A stretch of 64,000 bases of DNA from positions 876,367 through 940,366 of the forward strand of contig CAJFCJ010000021.1 in assembly GCA_904063045.1 (NCBI GenBank). Direction: 5' to 3'. The translations under genes were made by a program, and so were the position numbers. Source of the stretch: Dimorphilus gyrociliatus. Its lineage: Eukaryota; Animalia; Annelida. The notes under the pieces are model-generated. The model saw nothing but the letters and a program-made list of their open reading frames with translations, ran no database searches and was not told where the DNA came from. Shown one piece after another: positions 53,701-64,000 of the stretch; position 1 is the first letter of the stretch; every line of letters starts with the position of its first letter.

Positions 53701-55802
53701 ACTGAGTGGGCCAGATGATTTTTGTACATGGACCAAAGATGGTGAAAAAGATTTCAGAGTGACGAAAAATATGGGCAGAGGTGGAGTAATGGTCTGGGGA
53801 CTGATAATATTTGATGGAATATTCGAGATTTGGTGGAAAAGGAAAAGGCTTAATGGTGAAAATTACAGCTGTTTTATTGTGGAAGATGTCCTTCCTGTTA
53901 TCAAAGAGATTGAGGCAAAAATGGGGAGGAAATACATCTTCCAGCAAGATAATGCTGGGTGCCACACAGCGAGGATGACTAAAGAGCCTTTCAAATGAAT
54001 GATATCCATCCTCTTGATTGGCCAGCAAAGAGCCCCAACCTCAGCATAATTCAAATCCGAGGATGAATTGTGGAAAAAAATTGAAAAATGCTCGTATGAG
54101 CTTATAAAAGAGCAGCCAGGGTTGTTACCATGTCCAAATGATGGAATGGGGCATAGAATCAGGCGATGTATCGAAAAAGAGGGTAGTCATATTCAAAAAT
54201 GAGAATAATAGGAACATTTTTGTTGGTTTTCCAATTATTATGAAGTGCGGCCAAATAAGAAAAAAGAAATCAATAAAACAGTACATAATATAAACAAAAA
54301 AAAAATGATGTAAAATCTTACCTAAATCGTATTTGAAAGAAAATTAATATATAAATTTAAGCTTCATCTAACATTTTATGAAGAAAAAAATTAAAAAAAA
54401 ATCTTTTTTCTTTGTGAAAAACATTTTTAATATGTTGGCCTATTCAAAATTCGACATGTTCCAATTTTTATGAAGTTTACTTTATACAGTATATATACTT
54501 GTAATCGTAGTTTTATTTCGGTTACTTTTGAACCGCAAAATCCGTATTCCTATTAATTGATGGGTATTTGATATAAGAGGATAATTATAGGCTTCGTAAA
54601 ACTATACTACAACCTCATTTTCCCTGCTATTTGTTAAATTAGCAATACTCCCGTCAAGTTTCATTGATAATTTCCTACAAATCTTGTCACCAATTTTTAA
54701 TTTTGACTCTTCAACATCGTCGTTCGAAAGGTTTATTGATAAAGAATTAAATGAATTCCTATAGATAAACTGTTCGGTTGATACGATTAAAAAATTAACA
54801 AATCTCTCTTCAAAAGAAATATGAATATATAGGTAGATAATATAGGTGAAAATTAGGTCACTACTCGTTTGAACTAACCCTTAACCTCTCCTCCTGGGAA
54901 ACATTCTGCAAAGTTCTCTTTATTTGTTGTCTTATTTAATTGTTGAAAGAGAGGAATTTGAGTGAAAAATCCACCGATATGTTTAACTTCGTGAGAGATT
55001 GTTTGGCTCTGTAAACTGGTAAACAGAGCTTTACTACATATCTCTTCATTTCTTTGCAATTGATAGGAAATACGATAATTTATCTCATTCCACCTTACCA
55101 GTGCAAGAAATTGATTTGAACGTTTGTTTTCTTGTATATAAACATCTGCATGTTTTTATATGAGAATTTCTATTATCGTTATCTTCGTTAAAAATAGCCA
55201 AAGCTTACTTACAAGGAGAATTCGCAATTGCGCATTTTATACAAACAGATGCATATTTCGTACCTTCATCGTTTTCCACATAATTACTGAATGACAGAAA
55301 TGTAAAAGGGAACATTCAATCAATCGATCAATCAACCTCTTTTGGATTTGTAGAGGACAATACAACTTACAACTCGCAGCAACTTTTCATGTTGTACGAC
55401 TTGAGAAGAAAGTAGTTGTTATCTTCCGGATCTTTGACTAACCATAAATGAGATAAACATGAATAAAATGGACACAAGTTGTCGCAAAATGTTTGCCCAC
55501 TTACGTTTTGAAGAGGGACAAAGAAAAACTTGATGATAGAGACTATCATATCCAAATTGAGAGCAAAATTTTCCGTAAAAGTGACGTCTACATTTCTCGT
55601 ATTTCAGTGGATATTTCAAATTAAATTGCCCTAAATATACATATATTTTACCAGTAATAAAACTTGAAGTTTTGTTAAATATCTCCAAATGAATCCTTTC
55701 TTTATTTGTAAGAAAGGAAGAGGCAGAGGTGGAGGAGATGGAAAAGATGTTCGTTTGCTCTATCAAATAGACTAAAAGATACTTTAGAAAAGTATCTTTC
55801 AT
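47776..55802 (-). CDS. GRL101-like LDLa-LRR-7TM receptor, paralog A, with kinase-like C-terminal extension
   Basis: Signal exon at 55802; SRCR-like modules (ICQHFGF..LNC..LENC); about 6 LDLa repeats (CDG..DC..GEDE); LRRs; class A 7TM (GNSL, ISFERFYAI, CWLP, PINSIINPY); in-frame exons continue to a stop at 47776. The N-terminal exon structure is only partly resolved. Confidence 0.85.
48790..50470. repeat. Near-identical paralogous tract (copy in receptor A)
   Basis: Matches 57430..59115 (offset about 8645), including introns. Confidence 0.95.
52923..54489 (+). mobile_element. Tc1-family DNA transposon (IR/DR type), decayed, inserted in an intron of receptor A
   Basis: About 1.57 kb, flanked by TA. 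Imperfect terminal IRs (TAGTATAAACTAAACTTCATAAAA.. vs CTGTATAAAGTAAACTTCATAAAA.., both containing ..ATAGGCCAAC). Inner IR TATTTGGCCGCACTTCATAAT at about 53085 and 54238. Confidence 0.92.
53255..54202 (+). pseudogene. Tc1 transposase pseudogene (DD34E family)
   Basis: Motifs WSKVIFTNE, VMVWG, FQQDNAGCH, WPAKSPNL. In-frame TGA at 53330 and 53576, a frameshift near 54000, and catalytic D to N and E to Q changes. Confidence 0.92.
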
Positions 55803-56139
55803 TGCTATTTTGTCTGGGATTCTAAATGAAATGTCGGGAGACTAGTCTAAAAATCCTATCGCCCTATTAGGCTTTTCGGTAACGTCTATCAGCTAATTGT
55901 CCTGATTTGATGAAATATTCTGTTAATCCTGTTCATTACTTTTCTATATACAGTATGTTTATACTCTTATTGTCTCTTTATTATTTCTAACTATCATTGG
56001 ATACGTTAAGAGAATTCAAGAGAACCAATTAGAAGAACGAATAAATTAACTTTATATTATGTTTACTAATTATTCATTTTCTATTGTCAATGACAACGTA
56101 AACAATACTGATAGCGAGATTCTTTTTCTTTCTGAATTG

Positions 56140-59100
56140 TCATTTCTTTGAATTTTCGATAGATATCTTTTTCTGCAATAAAAGACGAATAAGCAGTCCG
56201 AAAGAGTAAATATCCTTCTTGTTGCTGATGTCGTTTGAACGCGTTAAATATTTTGGAATCACGTAGAATTTTTTAGATTTATTTCCAATTGTCTAGAAAT
56301 GTAAAGCGATTTCATCAATATATTAATAAAATCTCAACGTTTTCAAGGGAAAGAGAAAAAGAGAAAGTTGACAGAGAATCGTCTAACTTCGTAAAGTAAA
56401 AGGAAAGTTTTCAAAGATATTTTAAAAATACTTTACTCGGAAAAAAATTGTCGTTTCGTTTAAATTTCCATTCAATGAAAATCCGTGTTGATGGCAAAAA
56501 TTTAACGCAGTTAGACATTGTTTAACGAACTTGTAGTATGTCAAATTTCTATAAAATTTCCAATCGAAACCAAATGTACAAAGGTAATTCTTTATATTCT
56601 CGCTACTTAAATGATTCGCTCCCATATTCTTCATAAACGTTATATCTACAAAAATAAATTAATCATCAATAACTGGCAATAACCCTCATTTGTATAAAAC
56701 ACTTTCCCTTTTGCTTCAAAGAGAACCACAAGTCAACCTCAATCTGTTTTCTACGACAACGAATGACAAATGCTCGACATATCGTTTCAGTCAGTTACTT
56801 GGCCTACCTTCTCTGCAATTTCTTACGTATCTTCTCTTTCTTCAGATGTATTGCTTCTTCAAAATTGTACATCCATGGATTCAGAACCGAATTAATCGGT
56901 GCCAAAGCAATAACAATTGAAACGTAAATGTTGTTACTATAACTTACCTTTAAAAGTAAAGAAAGAATACCTGAAACAAAAATTTTCTACTTCTTATTCC
57001 GAAGTAATTTGCGTTATGGTGAATGTATGAAATTGGAAATTTTAAGAAATCTTCCCTCAACACTTTTGTAAGGATTTCGCGAAATGTCGAAAACTCTTAG
57101 TTTTTCATCTACTTCCTAGGAAAGGCTGACAGAAAAATTCTACTACTAGACTAATCACAACTGAAAACATATCAGAATTTCGTCAGACTTTTCTGCTAAA
57201 AACAACATATATATTAGACGTCTTCAAGAAATCCTTCAACAAAACAGTTCATTACAAAAACATTCCAATAACACACATTATTCGTAACGTTTCAAAAATC
57301 ATAATCTACCTAACACCGATATTGGAAGCCAACATAATACATTTGATAATGTTATCCAATAAAAAGAATGAGAAACGGATAATTTCTCATTCTTTGAACT
57401 AATAGATTTCGTATTTCGTTCACTAATTAATTTTATAACGCAAATGTACACTGCTGAATTAATTATTGCTATCAAAAACATTAATATTCCATAAATGGCG
57501 AATGAATACAACGTATCCTCCTCATCTTTATTGCTCCGGATTTGAAGTTTAAAACATATTGGCGAATTGTTTAAAGAGTTCTGAAAAGTTGGTATAACAA
57601 ACACCAATCCATTGTTATAGAAAACATCTTTATCGTTAACAATTAAACAGTTGACGTTACCTCGTAGAACAAGATAGGAAAAATAGCCAGCGCCAAACTC
57701 ACACACAGTAAGCTAATGGTACTTGCGCTCACAACTTTAATACCTAAACGAGGATTCAAAGGAAATTTGATGGCGTAGAATCTTTCGAAACTTATACACA
57801 GAAGATTCAACGACGAGTATAATACAGAAAAGTTCATCATTGAACCCAAAAATTTACAAAACAATCCCGAAGTCCACGCTTGTTCGTACTCGAAAAATTT
57901 CCCTCTGAAATAGACGTCCGCCGAACCAACAATCATTAAGTACAAACAAGTAATTAGGTCGGCAAAAGACATTGAAATGTAAAAGAAATGTGTAGGTCTC
58001 CTGAAATGGAATATCCTGAACAAAAGCGATAAAGAATTACCCACAATTCCACAAATTGCGTAAAGCCATAGAATCACTTTCAGAGCATTGGACGCCAAAA
58101 TATCGGAACAAGTGTTGAATAGAGAAGTGGAAGGAAAACACGATTCGATAGATTTCAAATACTTCCACGCAAAGCAACACAAAATGAAATATTCGCTTTT
58201 CACTATCTTTACACTTTTCAAATTTGAAATGAGAGTTTTCACGTTTTCCATTGGAAATTTCGTTTCCGACAAATCCAACTTATGGAGGCGATTCTCCCTC
58301 AGAAACCAATTGTCCATCTGCTTTATTGCGCAACCTCTAAGTAAAAGTACAACCAACTTAGCCAAATTGGCGAATGCGTCTATCGACAGAGAATTTATCT
58401 TGGTAAAAGATAAATCAAAGTATCTGACATTCGAGAAATATTTCCCGCTCAACAATTCAGTTAGAGGATTAAACGACAAATCCAAATGTTGCAAAAGAAC
58501 ATTCGGAATTTTCATAACGTTTTTCATAGATTCAAGTTTGTTTCGTTTCAAATTCAACAAAACCAAATTTGGCGCGTCAAAGTGAGCGATGAAATCTCGT
58601 ATATTGCAATTTTGTATTTGAATACTCGCCAGACTGTTCGATTGGAAATTGCCGTTCAATTGTCTGTAATTTTCAATCAATAGTTGTTTCGTTCCTCTCA
58701 GATGATTAACGAGAGATAAATGAAGAGTTTGATATTGATTGGAGGATGTGCAAGAGAGATTATAGGCGGGCGACAATGAACAATGGGGCGGATAATCGTT
58801 AGTGCGATTAGGACAGAAGACTTCGTCATTAGCATATTTGCAATTGATAATACCGTCACACACTTTTGTCATCTTTAAATATAACAATTGATTTTTACAT
58901 TTGAAAAATCCGCTTGGTCGAAAATCATCTTTATTCGAAGAAAGAATGCAAATGAATACAACTTGGCCAATGTGTTGCCGACTACAGATTATTACCGCAA
59001 TGTAGCTCGTCTTCATTATACCAACAATGATTGATACCGTCGCAAACCTGTTCGATTGAAATACAGTATTTCGCAGTTTGGCACAGAAATTCCCCTATAT

Positions 59101-62100
59101 CGCATGATTGTTTTTGGCAGTTTTGCAGCTGAGAAAATGGCTTTCGAATGTGCGTAATTGGTACGTTGTTCGAGTAGAATTTTAATTTGCATATTGTGTC
59201 ATTTGTATATCCAATATTCTTTTCCAAAATAGGACTGTTAAATGTACTATTTACCGAATGTTTTTATTATATTGTGCTAAATTGTCTACATATATTGTGT
59301 TTCGGATTTAGTTAGGATTCGTACGCAAACGAGGAAATCTTCATCCGAACCGTCTAAGCAATCATATATAAAGTCACACTTGATTTTTAAGCTTTCACAT
59401 TGATTATTGCAATATATTTGATGTTTATGGTTGCATTCTTTAAATAGGAAAAGAATAGCTGATGTTAGTGAGTTTTGTTTGGAAAATTTTGGCGAGTTGT
59501 CATACTTTTGTGTAGATTATGGTTGATTGGAAATTTTTCATTTGCTAAGCAGTTTTCGTCACTTTTATCGAAGCAATTAATATCGATATTGCAATGCTGA
59601 GCGTGTGCTATGCATTGGCCATTATAACAGGGGCTGTAGAATGATTAGATTTTTCATTATTATCGTTAATGTCATTGGAAAACTATTTGATAAATACAGT
59701 TTGTCTTCAGAGCATTTATCCGTCTCTTATTAATGAAATGACACACGCAGAGTTGAATAAACTATTTATCAATCTCCTATTATATAAAGCTAACCGCAAT
59801 TTGTTTCGTCAGATTTATCAACGCAGTCGGTTCGATAGTTGCAAATATATTGCAGTGGAATAGTTTGATTTGTATGTAGGCAGTAGAATTTTGTTTCAAT
59901 ACTGGGACAATCGAGTTCATCTTCTCCTGCATAGCAATCGTTTTCACCGTCGCAAACGTCCACGTAGCTTATACACATTTCGTCCTTTCTACATAGAAAA
60001 GTGGAATTCGGACAAATTACAGGTGTTTTCATATAAAAATTCCAGTTTTCCAGAGAAAACGCTTGAAATTCTATTGGTATCCGGATTTCAGTTGGAATAA
60101 GGAAAGTATATATAATTGACTGTTTAATACAAAGAATGATATTGAGAAGAAATCACCATGAGATTTTTGGCAAAAGAATGGAATGTTCAAATTAAGATGA
60201 CAATTGGCATAAGTTCTTCTGTATATTTTTATTGTATGTATGAAAATTAGTGTCCTGTAGACTTCCAGCACACTGCATTTATTTTTCAGCACAATCGTGT
60301 TATAACTGTTATAAAATGCTTCAAACATATACTGATTTTCCACTCTCGAAGAGGCTGTGTCAAGCTAAACGAAGATAAACGTTGAAAAAACAAACAAACA
60401 GATAACTACGAGATGGGCCGTTTGATTAAAGAAAACTATACTAGGTTATTCAAATGAATTCCCGACCAGAAGAACGAAGGCATATTCGTCGGTGTTGTTA
60501 AAACACTCAAACCATTCGGCGTATTGTTTTCTTTTAGTACTGTTTGTAAACAATTAATTAATGTTTCGGAAGGCGCTAATTAGCTAATTCCGCTGTAAAA
60601 AAACAATTGAACTCGACTCGTTATTGTACTGATATTAACTTGAAGGTATTTTTAACGTTGATCGCTTGCTTTGAAGCATAACATTGTTGTAATTTTCCAA
60701 AATTAATGATTCTTCGCTTGGATAGTCGAAATAATAGAATTGAAGAAGAAGAATATAGCGAAAAATTTCAGTGCTAAAATTTAAAGGTTCATCAATTATC
60801 GTTAAATTTTTCTTTAAGCATTCTTTTTCCATATCCGGTATTGACATTTTCATCTTTGGTTGAAAAGTATAGTAACAAGTATTGAATATTCTATGGGAAT
60901 TTTCGTGTGGACATTCTAATAAAAAATCGTAAGTCCTTATGATAGAGAAGAGAGTGAGAGCGAGAGACTAAGGTAGATAGATAGATAGATTGATCAATCA
61001 ATCTATTTCACTCTGAACAAACCTTGCAATTTAGTGGATTTTGTGCACTTTATCTGAAATATTGTGTACATTTCCTCACTTTCAAATCTGGGCCTTGAAT
61101 AACAACCATTTATGTCTATTCTATACTATATATACTTTTAGCATATAAACTCACAGAGTTGTCAAATTAGTTTCAAATGGACTCAGCAATTGACAGTCTT
61201 TGACAAGTTGACTGCTTCTTTTACACGACAAGTCGAATAAATGGGAAAAGTCAAAGTGAACTATTGACCTGTCTCTCAACGGAATCATTGTTCCGTGTAA
61301 AAATCCAAAATGTTTACATATCAAATCCAATTCGAACTGTTGCAACGAAATCGTAGAAATACCAAGCCAAGCAGTCAGATTAAAATACTGAATATAACCC
61401 TGATATTCATCCAATATATCCTTAGTATCATTTGCGTATAGATATCGATTGTTAATTGCGCTATACAACCTATATTCTATAAGGAGGAGTGAAAAGCAAA
61501 AATATTAATAAATACATTGCGCTGTATTCTATCAATTAGAAATCACCAACTCTGAAATTGTTCATCTTCTTCGCAAGATACATTGAAAGATACCGTCCCC
61601 TGAATTGAAGCCGTCATCCTACAGACGAAGGACGATTCCTTATCTTTTATACAATTCGATATAAACGATAGATTAGTCGCATTTCTCTGAAACGTTTAAA
61701 TTTGACAGCTCTCTAAGTCAAAATTGTATACAGTATATTGGGTATAATCTTACAGATAGTCGAATTTCATACTCCTGGAAGGATAATCCGCAAAAAAGTT
61801 TATTATTCTGCAAATAAAAATCAAAGATTTAATGTAAAAACGTGAATTTCTACAAGAATAAACAAGCGTATATTAACCTTTTCATTTTCGAATGACGATA
61901 GAGTAAAGTATTTCGGCTCGAGAATCATCGATATACTTTTACAGATTTTCATTCCAATCATTATTTTTGCAGCTTTCGTCAACAATTCTGGTCTTGAAAG
62001 AATTTTAAATGACATTTCCTGAAATTTTCTATTAAACACAAGCGGATGGTGTGAATTTATGTTGAGTATTTGATATTCATCTAATTCGATAATAGGAAAT

Positions 62101-63099
62101 TTCTCAACAACTATTAAGCCGATTAAAAGAAATTTTCAACTGAATCACCTATTATTTCTCCAAAAATACATTCGATAGTCTGTCGAGTAGTTTTTATCCT
62201 TTCTTTGAGAATTGGAATGTTGCTGTTGTTGTTGAATCGAGATATTTCTATGCCCTCGTTTAATTCAAATATATTTTTGTTAAATAACGCTCTTCTACAT
62301 ATATCGTTCTTGTCCTTCTTGTAGATAATGTTGTAATTTCTATTTTTCCATCGTAAGAATGCTAATAATGCGTTGCTTTTTTTGTCTTTCCTCTTTAAAA
62401 AGATATCTTTTATAGAAGAAAATTTGACGATTAGGAACAGCGCAAACGGCATTTATGCATTGAATTAATAATTACACGAAACTTTACGTCTATGGCATTT
62501 TAGACATATTTGCTTATATGTTGAAGCATCGTCATTTTTAAAATAGTCGCTATAGATTGGCAGGGAAAGCACGCATGGAAAAGTAGACGAATAGATGATG
62601 AAATTGTTTCTACTTACAATTCACAACATACTTTAGAAGTCATTCTTATTTCGAAATAACTCGAATTCAACGTATCTATTCAATACATTATTATTTTTAT
62701 TGAACGATTATATCACTGATTGATTGAACAATATATTGAAAATACTTTAAGATTTTCTCAAAGTTTATTCTTTCAGTTTTTAAAGTATCAGAATGACAAA
62801 ATCTTTTATATACACAACTACTTTTTACCTTCTTTACCTTCGCACGGATAGACGCTATGATATAAGTTGTCGAATCCGAGTTTATAGCAAATTGATTTGT
62901 AACTATTTTCTTTACATTTTTGAAATTTAAACGGAAATTTTAGATTGAAGGATGGAAAAATTGTAAATAGTTTTCCAGACACGGTTGAAGCAGTTTGTTC
63001 ATGAATATCTAATCTCAATAAACTTTTACTGTCAAGAAATGACTGACAAACGCTTTTTATTAAACATAAAAACACTACTTTTCCAATCGTACTTTGCAT
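56140..63099 (-). CDS. GRL101-like LDLa-LRR-7TM receptor, paralog B, with kinase-like C-terminal extension
   Basis: Signal exon at 63099 homologous to 55802; SRCR-like ICKHFGF; LDLa repeats; LRR-7TM; TM7 exon 56970-56808 (PINSVLNPWMY); in-frame exons continue to a stop at 56140. Confidence 0.85.
57430..59115. repeat. Near-identical paralogous tract (copy in receptor B)
   Basis: Matches 48790..50470; the two ORF-track translations differ by one residue (SDLLAS vs SDILAS) over 457 aa. Confidence 0.95.
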
Positions 63100-64000
63100 A
63101 TCTATTCAATAGAGCGCTCAGGTGAAGAGGGAGAGAGAGAGCGAAATAGAAACGCCATGTTTCTCGTATTATTCAATTTTTTTTTAAAAACAATACAGTA
63201 TATGTCTAATTATGTTAAAATAAGGTTTTTTTGTATTTTTTTTCACTTAAAAAGCAATATCAAGTATCTTTTAAAAAGTTATGTAAACATTGTTTCATTT
63301 ACCTGTTTGTTTATTCTCTTTCTCATTTAACCATTTTAACATCATTAACGAGTGCATACTGAAATGAATCTGTAAAAAGAACCAAGGGAGAAAGAGACGG
63401 AGAGTCAGTCATTAAACTAATCGTTCCTACTACAGTAAGTAAAACGGTATTGTTTTCTATTCTCCTTGTATTTGAATGTCAGTTAATGTCTGTTTAGTCA
63501 ATATAAATATTCAATAAATTCTGGAGCTTGAATACAATTATTCAAGTGATTTGTTTTGCTTGAAAGCAAATAAGCGTATTCATCAGCAATCCCAACCATC
63601 TCAAATAATAGAAAGAGAAAACGTATTGTTCAACAAGATTAGGGGCTAACCCTTTCAACAAGACTCTTCAGAAAGATGTCAATAACATAATGGGTCATTT
63701 AATTATATCGCGGAATATAACTTTGAAATGGGATCATCTCTATTCATCTCCATTGATTACAATTTTTCAGAAATACGAAGGAAAAGGGTTAGTCTTTCTA
63801 GCTGGTAAATTATAAGATTTCGTATACTGTATAAAGACCAACCGCCGCAAACATTTTACCGATGTTCCTTCAAGATGATGAAAATGTTCCAGCTTTAAAA
63901 CTATGCTTTGAATTATCGATTTAACGATTTACTATTGTTGTATTTAAATGCGCTAATCAATCGTTCATCTTGCCCCGATCAATGTCTACACACATAATCA

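Noticed and set aside
56808-56970. Suspected frameshift in the TM7 exon of receptor B
   Set aside because: Recounting the homopolymer shows the exon is in frame and 163 nt, the same as in A
63600-64000. Possible plus-strand exon (KEKTYCST..VFLAG|gt) at the window edge
   Set aside because: Truncated context and no recognisable homology
1-64000. CRISPR arrays, rRNA genes, prokaryotic operons
   Set aside because: None seen; the sequence is intron-containing eukaryotic DNA and the repeats are microsatellites or paralogs

Overview
AT-rich (about 30% GC by eye), gene-dense animal genomic DNA with short GT-AG introns and many GA/CT and TA microsatellites. A compact-genome invertebrate, probably a lophotrochozoan, is inferred from the GRL101-type receptors and gene content; the species is not established. 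Genes reconstructed by hand-splicing, in order: a CARD + coiled-coil protein; STPG2 head-to-head with Ran; two tandem Sulfotransfer_3-type sulfotransferases plus an inverted pseudogene fragment; an orphan gene; PIGZ; an ADAR-family deaminase with one visible dsRBM; six CUB or CUB-like single-pass membrane proteins, three with PPxY tails; three tRNA-Val(AAC) and one tRNA-Lys(CTT); a RING protein; a secreted discoidin-domain protein; a candidate TATA-driven micropeptide; and two tandem GRL101-like LDLa-LRR-7TM receptors. One receptor carries a decayed IR/DR-type Tc1 element in an intron. Most striking result: in both receptors the TM7 exon has no stop codon and splices in frame into conserved downstream exons encoding a degenerate protein-kinase-like C-lobe, i.e. 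a candidate GPCR-pseudokinase fusion. Other notable signals are a near-identical 1.6 kb tract between otherwise diverged paralogs, CpG-targeted decay of the Tc1 copy, and strong enrichment of TATAC(A/T)GTATA footprint-like motifs. All exon models are manual and need RNA-seq or HMM confirmation.
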